Assembly: GCF_006345805.1 (NCBI RefSeq)
Contig: NC_043017.1
Coordinates: 16,988,001 to 17,052,000, forward strand
DNA length: 64,000 bases
Direction of reading: 5' to 3'
Origin: Octopus sinensis
Lineage: Eukaryota
Shown: positions 24,665-36,707 of the stretch, piece by piece
Layout: every line of letters starts with the position of its first letter
Position numbering within the stretch: position 1 is the first letter of the stretch
Program-made: the position numbers and the translations under genes
The notes under the pieces: generated by a model
What the model saw: only the letters and a program-made list of their open reading frames with translations
What the model was told of the DNA's origin: nothing
Databases searched by the model: none

Positions 24665-25474
24665 GGATCTTTTCCTTTTGAACAGCAGTTTTCAACATAA
24701 TTTCTAGCTAACTAAACACTTTTAAACTTCGTATACTGGTAGAATGTGTTTATAAAACATCATTTTTTCTTGGCTTTATTGAGAAAATTCTATTGTTTGT
24801 AAGATATTTCCACTTTAAAATCAAGCATTTCGGCAATTTTAATCAATCTCTGGAGTCCATTTGGGGTGAAAACATTCCGTGCTGTATGAATATGTCCCTC
24901 CGTTAAGAAACAGATTGGGTTTATTTACATTTGCGAAGAAAAAAAGATACCCTTCCCCAACCCCTAAACCTAACTCTAACTAACCCTAACCCTAAAACAG
25001 ATTGAAATGCAATAGATCGATACTAGGGTTATAATTATGAGTGACATTTTCATTTGACACCGCTAGAAAAAAATCCCATTTTCCGTAGCGGTATCATATG
25101 AAATTGTCACCCATAATTATAACCCTAGTATCGATCTATTGCATTTCAATCTATTTTAGGGTTAGGGTTAGTTAGGGGTGGGGGAAGAGTATCTTTTTTT
25201 CTTCGCAAATGTAAATAAACCCAATCTGTTTCTTAAAGAAGGAACATATTCATACAGCACGGAATGTTTTCACCCCAAATGGACTCCAGAGATTGGTTAA
25301 AATTGCCGAAATGCTTGATTTTAAAGTGGAAATATCTTACAAACTATAGAATTTTCTCAATAAAGCCAAGAAAAAATGATGTTTTATAAACACATTCTAC
25401 CAGTATACGAAGTTTAAAAGTGTTTAGTTAACTAGAAATTTTGTTGACATTTGCCATTCAAAAGGAAAAGATCC
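24665..25474. mobile_element. 810-bp near-perfect palindrome (foldback/MITE-like) with internal TTAGGG-like motifs
   Basis: GGATCTTTTCCTTTTGAA...TTCAAAAGGAAAAGATCC; arms about 400 bp, centre near 25066-25084; TAACCCTAACCCTAA at 24981 and TTAGGGTTAGGGTTA at 25156; no clear TSD. Confidence 0.85.
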
Positions 25475-26029
25475 CAGTATTTATAACAAAATACTGGGGT
25501 CAAATCCTCCAAGGTGGTGCCCCAGCATGGCCACAGACAAGTGGCTGAAAGAAAACAAAGTAACGAAGCCAAAAGTAGATTTAGTCTGGTGTTTCACAGT
25601 TTTTCTTTGCTCTTTGCAGTAATGTTAGATTGAAGTTCCAAAACTTTATATTTTAAAGTTGGGAAGTTGTAGCATTAATGCCTTTTCAAAGGACATTAGC
25701 CAGGGGACTGAGCCACTTTGACTCAACTTTCCAGAAGTTTCCAGGTCCAGATATTCAGATGCATTTATTTCTTTAAAATACAAAGAAGGTTTTGATTAGA
25801 ATGTGGGTTTTCACATACAGGACCACACTGTGAAACAGCAATTTGAAAAATTTTGATCAACTAAGATTATCCAAACAGTTAGTAGACAAAAACTTCCTCT
25901 AAGGTTTGTTTAAAACTTAAAGTAACAAACAAAGGAAATAAGTCCGATAAAGATCAGGCGCTCAAATTGTTTAGACAATATAAACAATGCAGATTGAAGA
26001 GGATCCAGTCTTTAAAACTGGTGAAAACA

Positions 26030-26063
26030 ACATGTATGTTTCGGTCTTCTTAGACCTCTTCAG
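26030..26063 (-). ncRNA. Hammerhead core relic (probably inactive)
   Basis: Minus strand CUGAAGA-GGUCU AAGA AGACC-GAAA-CAUACAUGUU: perfect core and stem II; no convincing stem I. Confidence 0.4.
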
Positions 26064-26169
26064 CAAAGCATAGCCTAATCACTTGACAAGGTCTGAGTGA
26101 TTTCCATTTCCATCCCAACCTACATTGTCAAAACTATTTTATTGGAGTGAACATCTTTGCTTGGTTTTA

Positions 26170-26290
26170 GATACTACTTTTGCCAACTGAGATGACTGGA
26201 ACAAGGACAGAGTGCACCACTAGGAATTGAACTCAGGACCTTATGATTGTGAATCGAATACCTTAACCACTAAGCTATGTGCCTTCACCA
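26170..26290 (-). mobile_element. Older tRNA-derived SINE head (third family)
   Basis: Reverse complement GAAGGCACATAGCTTAGTGGTTAAGG...GAGTTCAATTCC: pol III A and B boxes. Confidence 0.6.
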
Positions 26291-26467
26291 TAATATTGAC
26301 ATTTCATCTATAGCAAAGTTTCTAAGCTAAGAACGATCTAGGTCCAGATAGCTCCAAATATGTCTGCAAAATGTTCAAACAAAACTTTTTGCGTTAATGT
26401 TTGCCAATACAAATCCTCATTAGTTTCCTCAGTTTACTGTTAGATTTTATTGATTTTTTTTTGTCAA

Positions 26468-26624
26468 AGGAGTGGCTGTGTGGTAAGTAGCTTGCTTACC
26501 AACCACATGGTTCCGGGTTCAGTCCCACTGCGTGGCATCTTGGGCAAGGGCCTTTTACTACAGCTTCGGGCTGACCAAAGCCTTGTGAGTGGATTTGGTA
26601 GACGGAAACTGAAAGAAGCCTGTC

Positions 26625-26678
<54 letters not shown>

Positions 26679-26830
26679 TTGTGTGTCTGTGTTCGTCCCC
26701 CTAGCATTGTACTAGGCTTACAAAGTACTAGGCTTACAAAGAATAAGTCCTGGGGTCGATTTGCTCGACTAAAGGCAGTGCTCCAGCATGGCCGCAGTCA
26801 AATGACTGAAACAAGCAAAAGAGCAAAGAG
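26468..26830 (+). mobile_element. SINE family A
   Basis: A/B boxes, internal (TA)n(TG)n, CR1-like tail. Confidence 0.9.
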
Positions 26831-26910
26831 CAACCCGTTGTGCTAGACTCAAATTATTTAGAGACAAAACTTCATACATGAAAGCTTACATGGAATGGTA
26901 TTTTTGACAA

Positions 26911-27510
26911 GGCGGCGAGCTGGCAGAGACGTTAGCACACTGGGTGAAATGCTTAGCAGTATTTCGTCTGCCACTATGTTCTGAGTTCAAATTCCACCGA
27001 GGTCGACTTTGCCTTTCATCCTTTCGGGGTCGATAAATTAAGTACCAGTTACGCACTGGGGTCGATATAATCGACTTAATCTGTTTGTCTGTCCTTGTTT
27101 TTCCCCTCTGCGTTTAGCCCCTTGTGGGTAGTAAAGAAATAGTATTTCGTCTGCCGCTACGTTCTGAGTTCAAATTCCGCCGAGGTCGACTTTGCCTTTC
27201 ATCCTTTCGGGGTTGATTAAATAAGTACCAGTTTCGCACTGGGGTCGATGTAATCGACTTAATCTGTTTGTCTGTTCTTGTTTGTCCCCTCTGTGTTTAG
27301 CCCCTTGTGGGTAGTAAAGAAATAGGTATTTCGTCTGCTGCTATGTTCTGAGTTCAAATTTTGCCGAGGTCGACTTTGCCTTTCATCCTTTCGGGGTCAA
27401 TTAAATAAGTACCAGTTTCACACTGGGGTCGATGTAATCAACTTAATCTGTTTGTCTGTCCTTGTTTGTCCTCTCTGTGTTTAGCCCCTTGTGGGTAGTA
27501 AAGAAATAGG
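26911..27510 (+). mobile_element. SINE family B head-to-tail trimer
   Basis: One full unit plus two headless ~183-bp units joined at GTATTTCGTC; TSD-like GGTATTTTT(T)GAC at 26897 and 27509. Confidence 0.9.
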
Positions 27511-28310
27511 TATTTTTTGACTGGAATCGGCTTTAACATACTGACATCTTTAAATAACAATAGTGGATGAAAAATATACAATTATAAAAAAATCTGTATT
27601 GAACATGATTCCATGTTCAAGGTCCTGATCTGAATGATAATAGGTAAGATAATCAAACGAAATAAGTAATCAAATTTGAGATCGTTAGAAATGCTGATAT
27701 TAAATTTTTAATTTTGTTTGTTAATTATATAATTTTAATTAATAATAGGTGCAACTAGAATTTTTAATTTGAAGCAATAAAATTTTACAATTTAGTTTCA
27801 TCTAATTACCAAATGTTAAATAGGAATGGTGCCTACTTGCTGTGAAGCAAAGTGACAGATGACTTCTTTGGGAGCAATATATACCAGTTGAGTTAATATT
27901 TAAACCCGTGATTATCTGGGCAAAGGTTTAGCTTCGTAGTTTTGTAGCCATTTTGTTTGACTTAAAAAGTAATTTTTTTAAGGTAATTTTATTTTTTTCT
28001 TTTGTTCATATTTAAGTATTTTCTTTGCCAGTTTTGTTCAATGAACATTTTTTTATGATTTAAGGAATGGTGTCCCTGGCCTTCACAAGTCTTCAGAGAC
28101 TGGTGAGATTAATATGATTGATTTACAGAAAAAAACAGAGGTGGAAAGGATATTCCAGCAATGTTGACAATTCGAGGAGGAAGGTTTTGGGCACGGCGCT
28201 TTATACAAGCCTGGGAGGGGCAAAACTGTATGGGTTATGATGATGTAGCAGAGATGGATGTAGTATACATTATTGGTATGCAACTATCTAGTCCAGAGAA
28301 TCAGAACCTA

Positions 28311-29606
28311 TTATAGTGGTACTATATTTACAAATTATAGTGGTACTATATTATAAATAATTATAGTGGTACTATATTTACAAATTATAGTGGTACTATA
28401 TTATAAATAATTATAGTGGTACTATATTTACAAATTATAGTGGTACTATATTATAAATAATTATAGTGGTACTATATTATAAATAATTATAGTGGTACTA
28501 TATTTACAAATTATAGTGGTACTATATTTTCAAATTATATATTTACAAATTATAGTGGTACTATATTATAAATGATTATAGTGGTACTATATTTACAAAT
28601 TATAGTGGTACTATATTTACAATTATAGTGGTACTATATTTACAATTATAGTGGTACTATATTATAAATGATTATAGTGGTACTATATTTACAAATTATA
28701 GTGGTACTATATTATAAATAATTATAGTGGTACTATATTATAAATAATTATAGTGGTACTATATTTACAAATTATAGTGGTACTATATTTTCAAATTATA
28801 TATTTACAAATTATAGTGGTACTATATTATAAATGATTATAGTGGTACTATATTTACAAATTATAGTGGTACTATATTTTCAAATTATATATTTACAAAT
28901 TATAGTGGTACTATATTATAAATAATTATAGGGGTACTATATTTACAAATTATAGTGGTACTATATTTACAAATTATATATTTACAAATTATAGTGGTAC
29001 TATATTATAAATGATTATAGTGGTACTATATTTACAAATTATAGTGGTACTATATTATAAATAATTATAGTGGTAATATATTATAAATGATTATAGTGGT
29101 ACTATATTATAAATGATTATAGTGGTACTATATTATAAATGATTATAGTGGTACTATATTATAAATAATTATAGTGGTACTATATTATAAATGATTATAG
29201 TGGTACTATATTTACAAATTATAGTGGTACTATATTATAAATAATTATAGTGGTACTATATTATAAATAATTATAGTGGTACTATATTATAAATGATTAT
29301 AGTGGTACTATATTATAAATAATTATAGTGGTACTATATTATAAATGATTATAGTGGTACTATATTATAAATAATTATAGTGGTACTATATTATAAATGA
29401 TTATAGTGGTACTATATTTACAAATTATAGTGGTACTATATTATAAATAATTATAGTGGTACTATATTATAAATGATTATAGTGGTACTATATTATAAAT
29501 AATTATAGTGGTACTATATTATAAATGATTATAGTGGTACTATATTATAAATAATTATAGTGGTACTATATTTTCAAATTATATATTTACAAATTATAGT
29601 GGTACT
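28311..29606. repeat. Minisatellite, 24/26/39-bp variant units with constant core TTATAGTGGTACTATATT
   Basis: Roughly 50 units; variable parts TACAAA, ATAAATAA, ATAAATGA, TTCAAATTATATATTTACAAA. Confidence 0.95.
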
Positions 29607-29619
29607 GCATTAAGCAGAG

Positions 29620-31560
29620 TGAAGGGGCGTGTCTGTAATGTGAGTGAGCTTTTTGTGTCAGTGAGTAAGATTTGGCCATTCCATTGGATGACTTACACTG
29701 AGATGCATGCTCAAATATTGTATGTCACCAGCACCATCCCAGATGTGGGTAACATACTCTATTATAGATCTTTCTTCCTCTTTGAAAATGCAGGAGAAGG
29801 TTAGTTTTTGAGATGCAAATTGTGGTTTGCTGTGTACATGATGTTACCAGAAAGGATTACGAGAGTTTATGTGGTCTAGCAATTTGGGAGCTTTAATTGC
29901 TTGTCTAGGACAAGGGAGGTTCGGCACAAATTTATTTCTTTAGAATAAGCAGTGATTATTGCTTGTGTGCTGTTGCAGAAACTAAATTGCTGAAAATGTT
30001 TTTGAGGTCCTTCTTTATGGAAGCAGTGCATGTTGGATGCAAGGTGCATAGATTGCATGTGGATGATGCTTGATGGAAAATTTAAAACGAGGAATAACGA
30101 GTTATTTCATTTGTAAATGATGTAATGGTAAGCAGTCATTAATGTAAAATAAGTGTAAAAAGGGCATACTTGAACTTTAAGGGTACATCAAAGTTAATTG
30201 AGTAAAGCGGAGAGGGCTGTGTCTCTGTTGCTGTAGTGGTGTGATCTAGCAGAAAGCTTTAAGTTCAAGAAATGATAGGTGGAGCTCATTGGTAGATGGC
30301 CTAGCAATGATGAGTATATTGGAAAGGCTTTGTTGATTGTAAATGCTGCGACTATTGTTTTTGCCAAACTTCTCTAGAGAGATTACTGGTTTATGAAAGC
30401 AAGTGGGTAGTGGTAAGAATGTCTTTGGAAATAATTACTGGACAGGTATTACAGGTAAAAAAACCAACTAGCAGGAGACACAGGGGTAGGCTGTGAAGAA
30501 GGCAGCTGGATAACATCCACAAGTTCATTTGGTCTCACTTGGGGATCCAGCTGGGTCAATTGGAGACAGTTGCTTCTGGGAGGATCTGATGGAAGGCATG
30601 CTTGAGGACTCTGCTCCCACAACTCTCCCAAGAGTAAGTGGTGAAGAAGATGAGATGAGATGAGATGAAAGCTATACATACGAACATTGGTGATAAACTT
30701 TCATCTTTGAAATATTGAAATTGAGAGCCCTAGGTACTAACCTACAGCTCCCAATTTCAGTCTGGAAGCTGTTCGTTTCAGGGATAGGATACACTGTGAC
30801 GTTTTCAGAGACAGGGATGGATCCCTGTCCTGTAGAAACTTTAGTTAATTAAATATATATTGCCAGGACTTGGTGGCTATGATTTCAAGGGACTGGAGAT
30901 GTTTTTGATGTTGGCAGTAATGTATATATATATAGGGGTGATATGAAAAGCTTTCTCAAGTGCATATCTTGTGGAGTTGGAGCAAAGCAGGAAGAAAATG
31001 TGAGGGCTTTCTTTTCAAGAATACTTCTTGTAGTAGATCTCTCATGGTTGAAGGGTTGCGAATAAGGGAATCTGCAAAGTTGTTAGTAATCTTCTTGGCC
31101 AGAGAGCAAGAGGTTTAAGCTGCAATTTGGGAAGTGAGAGAGCTTGCAGATTGTGATGTGTGAAAACAGCTTTTATTTTTTGGATAGTAATCTTGCAGAA
31201 TTTGTGGTGGTTGGTAAAAAGCCACCCAGTTATTAAAGGTGTGTGATTTTTATTAAGGGGTGTAGGTCACATTCTCTACCTGTGTCAGTGGGACAGAGCT
31301 AAATAGGAGCCACTTGGGAGATTTGATGGAATGAGGTAAGTAAAGAGATATGCCTGAGAAGATAGTTTCAGTCATGTGCTTAGCTGTGCTTGGCTGGATT
31401 CAGAGTGACATATATGTTACCAAGAATAGTTAATATGAAATTAGCAGAGCTCTGAGGTTCTGTGTAGTGGTGGTTTGCCTTGATTAGACTGGTTGAACAA
31501 ATTTGTGAATCTCTCGTTTCTTTTGATTTTAAATAAAGCCTTTGTGAGGAGGTCCATATT
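29620..31560 (-). mobile_element. Very decayed CR1/L2-group LINE remnant (tentative)
   Basis: Traces of NYRP...SKVFE-like sequence near 30.3-30.45 kb on the minus strand; no intact ORF. Confidence 0.35.
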
Positions 31561-32080
31561 GGTATTTATAATTTTCACTTACTTTAATAGTTAATTTAAA
31601 TATTTATCAAAGTTTGTATATTAATGAAGATGTGTTTATCAAATAGTGACATGCTGTTTATATGTGAAAATATTTGTATGATTCTAAAAAGTATATGGCT
31701 GTCTGTGTGTGTTTAACTTGAAAATGGATTCCTTACTGAAGATTTTTTCAAGGATCTTTTCGTTAGATATATAATTTTTTTGGTAACTCAATTCAAACTT
31801 ACTGATTGAAAAGAAAGAATGATTGGTTGTTCTCCATCACCGACATTTTGTTGTTTTAGAGTTTCTTAAAAACGAAAAAAAGAAATTGGGAAATGGAAGA
31901 CAAATATATATTTTTGTTGTCTTTTATTTATCAATGACTCGTTTGTTGATGTCTTGTCTAGTAATGGTAATGTTTAAGTGGATTGATTTAGTCTTCTGGG
32001 CAATGGCATAAAGTCAAGAGAAGCTCTATGCTGTGATGATCGTAGTCAGGGAATGGGTTTCATAATATAGCAACCTTGAA

Positions 32081-32300
32081 GGTGGCGAGCTGGCAGCATT
32101 GTTAGCATGCCGGGCGAAATGCTTGGCGGTGTTTCGTCTGCCGTTACGTTCTGAGTTCAAATTCCGCCAAGGTTGACTTTGCCTTTCATCCTTTCAGGGT
32201 CGATCAAATAAGTACCAGTTAAGCACTGGGGTCGATGTAATCGACTTAATCCCTTTGTCTGTCCCTCTATGTTTAGCCCCCTGTGGGCAATACAGAAATA
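32081..32300 (+). mobile_element. SINE family B with 17-bp TSD
   Basis: TSD AATATAGCAACCTTGAA at 32064-32080 and 32301-32317. Confidence 0.93.
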
Positions 32301-32548
32301 AATATAGCAACCTTGAAAGGACTAAATATAGGAGTGAACAAATATTCTCAACAGTTTTAAAAGTTGCAATCACATCTTTTAAATTCTAAATCCCTGGGCA
32401 ATATATTCTGCTCTTCGTTTTATATGCTTCTTTTGTGTTGTGGGTCTGTTCAAAGAACACTGACCAAAGATATGAAACAATATGTTAATAAACAAATCTC
32501 TGAGACATATTTCTTAATGTTTTTGTTATTGTCCTTTGTTTTTTCCAG

Positions 32549-32587
32549 ATGGCTAAAAATCAAGGATATGGCATATACCCAGGAATG
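32549..32587 (+). CDS. Host gene coding exon B: MAKNQGYGIYPGM
   Basis: Acceptor ttttttccag|, donor ATG|gtaagg; 39 nt, phase 0-0, in frame with exons A and C. Confidence 0.75.
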
Positions 32588-33499
32588 GTAAGGATTCATT
32601 TATCTCTTTGTGTTGTCTAGTGTAGTCGGCTTGGGATGCTGATGGCTGCTTATTGATTAACTCCAGTTCATTTAACACAGATTTAAAGAACTAGAGCTGA
32701 CCAAACATTTGGAAGTTAATCCACAGATCCATTATTTATTGTAGATAATTATTTGCAATTCTATTTTATTTGTAATATATTTATACAGAAATCGTGCATA
32801 ATTCTGAACTTAAATTTTAGTTGTTAATTTAATTCAGTTATAAATCAACTGATATACATCGGAAAACGAATAAACTCTGAGTGAGTCAGTGAAAGAGTTT
32901 GGTCAGTACTGCAGCCAAATGTCCACCAAAATAATAACGTGATTCTAAAAATAAATAATTGCAAAATTGAGATCTTGAAGTCATGTGATAATGCATGATT
33001 AATTCAAAACAAAATGATTAAGTAAGCATTACATTTGGCAGAATAATCTGAAGAGTTAAAGAAATGGAACTGAATATAACTGAAGTCAGTATAGTTGCCA
33101 TAAAAGAGTCTTTGGTTTCTACCGCTGCTGATGTAGATTATTCAAAGTGACTCGGCTTCCACAGCTCTCATAAGTCATTCATATACACTTAGTTTTCTTA
33201 CCATTCTCTATTGTTTGATCATTGTTATCATGTCAAAGACTTACTCTAGGTCAATGAATGCTGGTATAGAAGTTTGCTCTATGTTAAGAACTTCTTCTTT
33301 AGCAATGGAAGAGAACTTCAGTGGCTGCTTGTTTTGGTTAAAACCTGAACTGCATCTCAGAGAAGCTAATATCTTCCTAATTAGTTGGATTGATACTCTG
33401 TTACTTTTACAACTGGGTCCACCAGTTTGATGATTCTGTAGTTACTTTATTCTAGAACATTTCCTTTTCCCCTGTAACTCTTGCAGCTTCACTCACTTT

Positions 33500-35400
33500 G
33501 TTCTTTCACACCTTCACCTTTAATTGGTCTGACAAGATCTCTTCCCACCTTTTATTCTCAACTTAAAGACGACAATATTATGCTCTGTCAAGCCTTCGTG
33601 ATTAGTTGACCAATGTACCATAAATAGTCAACAGATGATGTTGACCTACCCACTGCTTTCTGTAATTGTGCATAACAAATTATCAGTCCAGATTCCTCAT
33701 CAAACTCTAAAATCCTTCCACCTTCTCCATTCCTTTGCATCATATCTGTAATCACCATGGACTCCCTTCTGCACTCCTCCCTACACATTTACTACAGTCC
33801 CTGCCTACTGTAACAATTTCCTCATCTTTCATGTTTTCTATCATTTTCTCTATCCTTTTCTTTCTTCAACACTGAACTTATCTGAGGAGGAGTATATCTT
33901 GAGATGGTATTCACTGACAACCCTAGAACCTTACAGTCCTCAGTTCTACTAATATCAACTTTTCACTCGAGTCACACTCTTAATTCTACAGAAATCAAGA
34001 TAGTAACACCATGCATAAATTCTGGACACTCTTACCATATAAACCTGTCCATGTCCCTTACCATTGTCTCATTCCTTTCCTTCCATACACGACGTATGTC
34101 CACTCTGCTTCTGATCAGTGTGACCACCACCTCCTGTTATCATTTCCATATTTCATGTCCTAATCCACGTTTCTTTGGTCTCAAGAAACTGTTTCATATT
34201 AAGATACTAGTGTAAAGTTAATCCTATCAGCCCTCAGTGATTGGAGGCAACATATGTTTGTACCTGGACTCCATCTCTAGAACACTTAAAGACAAACTTG
34301 CCTTAAATAAAAAGAAATTGAGTGAAAAATTACTCAACAGAAACACCGAAAAATTGTATTATCTAGAATTGGCAATCTGTCAATCGAGTACCATTATTGC
34401 ACCTCTTGTTACTTTCTTGACTTCTCTCTCAATTATCTCTTCTTACAGTTCTACAACTGGATTACTTTCCATGAGTAATCCTTTTGCAGGACTGGCAGTC
34501 TTCCCAATGTATGAACTTTCATTTTACATAGATGTTTCTTGTACAAGAAACACCAAACTGGTTTTAAACAGTTTGTAGGAATATTTTTGCAGGTTACTCC
34601 ATGATTATTCTTCATGTATCTGAATTATTTTTTACTACAGTCAAAACTACTCCTGTGCATCTGTTGCATATGGCGCTTACTTTCTCTGTTAATTTGCCTG
34701 TGTCTATTGCTTACATTGTGTACAGTGTATGAAGTTTATACCTATTCTTTTTCTGCATATCAGCAAAGCCCTTTCCATGAAGATACTAGGGTCCAGTCTT
34801 CTTTCTTATTTACTAAAATCTTACTCTAGGTTTAGCTTCCAGGCCAGGAATGTCTTCTCTAATTCCTCTAATTCAGCTGTGAGAACAACCAATCTTAAAC
34901 TCCTTTGAAATGGTCTGTAAGACTGATGAATAGAAGGGAACTGAGGGCTGAGCTTTGTTAGACCTCTACCTTCATGTTTAATTCTTTACTGAAATTCTTG
35001 ACTCGCATTACTGCATTTTTGTACATAGCTTGTACATCCTTCATCTGCCATTCCTCTTCACCTAGTTTCCTCAGTGGCCACCAAATTACTGAATGTGGTT
35101 CTCTATCAAATACCTTTTCCAAGTAACAAATTCCTGGGCATACTGGTGGTTTACTCTTAGCCAAGTATTTCTCCTGCAGTTGCCTTTCAAGAGAGATTGT
35201 ATCCATGGTACTTCTTCCAAGTGCCAAGACAAACTGCATCACATCTTGGTCTATTCTGCCATAGATCTGTTGTGCTATCCACCCTCCCACTCTCTCATTA
35301 CCTGATCTAGTCGTCTGATTCCTCCCTGGTTGCTGCTCTCCAAGGCGTCTTCTTTGCCTTTGTTGCAGTTTGTTCTGTTACTTCTCTGCCAGTCATTGAT
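33500..35400 (-). mobile_element. Decayed RTE LINE
   Basis: GRSTMDTISLERQLQEKYLAK...EKVFDREPHSVIWWPLRKLG (34958-35290); boundaries approximate. Confidence 0.6.
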
Positions 35401-35540
35401 TATGACTCATTCCTGTGTAACTTGATTAACGATCCAAGTGGTAACCATAGTGTAGAAGTTAAACAATTGTTTGAAATTCCTTTTGCTCCAACATAATACA
35501 AACAATCCATTAGACATGCATAGATCTATTGGCGTGGGTA

Positions 35541-35755
35541 GACGCGGGGATGGCTGTGTGGTTAGGGAGCTTGCTTCCTAGCTACATGGTTTCGGGTTCA
35601 GTCCCGCCGTGTGGCACTTTGGGCAAGTGTCTTCTGCTAGAGCCCCAGGCTGACCGAAGCTTTGTGATTGAATTCGGTAGGCGGAAGTTACTGCCGTGTG
35701 TGTATATGTGCGTGTAGGTGCTCGTGCCTCTCCGAGAGAGAGAGAGAGAGAGAGT
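35541..35755 (+). mobile_element. Older SINE family A-like 5' half
   Basis: TGGCTGTGTGGTT...GGGTTCAGTCCC...TTGGGCAAGTGTCTT. Confidence 0.7.
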
Positions 35756-35856
35756 TCTGAATGGGAGAGTTAAACAGAACCTGATAACAGTTAATGAGCC
35801 TGAAATTGTTGTCAGTTTGATACCTGTGATTTTTACTGAGAACTTGAAATTGCGAA

Positions 35857-36011
35857 TGGCTGTGTGGTAAGTAGCTTGCTTACCAACCACATGGTTCTGG
35901 GTTCAGTCCCACTGTGTGACACCTTGGGCAAGTGTCTTCTACTATAGCCTCGGGCTGACCAAAGTCTTGTGAGTGGATTTGGTAGACGGAAACTGAAAGA
36001 AGCCCGTCGTA

Positions 36012-36049
<38 letters not shown>

Positions 36050-36271
36050 CATGTGTGTGTGTATGTTTGTGTGTCTGTGTTTGTCCCCCTAGCATTGCTT
36101 GACAACCGATGCTGGTGTGTTTATGTCCCCGTCACTTAGCGGTTCGGCAAAAGAGACCGATAGAATAAGTACTGGGCTTACAAAGAATAAGTCCCGGGGT
36201 CGAGTTGCTCGACTAAAGGTGGTGCTCCAGCATGGCCGCAGTCAAATGATTGAAACAAGTAAAAGAATAAG
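35857..36271 (+). mobile_element. SINE family A
   Basis: Full body, ends about 130 bp before exon C. Confidence 0.9.
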
Positions 36272-36401
36272 CATAAATTTCAGTAAACTGAATCCTTTTT
36301 TTACCTTTTCATATTGTATTGATGTAAAGAACCTGATTATACAACATCATTGATTGCTTGTTATTCAGTAATTTTGATTATACACTTTATTTTTTTCACA
36401 G

Positions 36402-36531
36402 AACTACCCTCCGGGTACTGGGTATCCCCCAAATCCAGCTTATCCCCCAGGTAGTGTACCCCCCTCTGGACCAGGCTACCCTGGATCCGTGATGCCAGGA
36501 TACCCTCAACAAGGGTTCCCACCAGCTCCAG
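36402..36531 (+). CDS. Host gene coding exon C: NYPPGTGYPPNPAYPPGSVPPSGPGYPGSVMPGYPQQGFPPAP
   Basis: Acceptor ttttttcacag|, donor CCAG|gtatgt; 130 nt, phase 0-1; GC-rich island with GYP composition. Confidence 0.85.
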
Positions 36532-36707
36532 GTATGTTATATTTTGTATTAACCGGGTGTTATTCTGTAAACTGCTAATTTCCATAAACATTGTGCAAGT
36601 TATGATCTTCAAATACTGCTGCGGCTTACTACAGAAGTCTAGGTGTTACCTCGTAAGCTAGGTAGTTCTCAAACAAACTCTATTGGATATCACAATTTAA
36701 TGCTTAC

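Larger units (their letters stand above)
24147..25560 (+). mobile_element. SINE family A-related copy split by two nested DNA elements
   Basis: Head 24147-24317, middle 24548-24664, tail 25475-25560 ending GGTGGTGCCCCAGCATGGCCACAG. Confidence 0.8.

Noticed and set aside
24981-25170. True interstitial telomere
   Set aside because: Only about two TTAGGG units per arm, symmetric within the palindromic element.
26200-26290. Functional tRNA genes at SINE heads (here and in families A and B)
   Set aside because: A and B boxes are present but run into SINE bodies; no complete cloverleaf or oligo-T terminator.
28311-29606. CRISPR-like repeat-spacer array
   Set aside because: Linkers are 6-21 bp, recur many times and are not unique; eukaryotic context; no cas genes.
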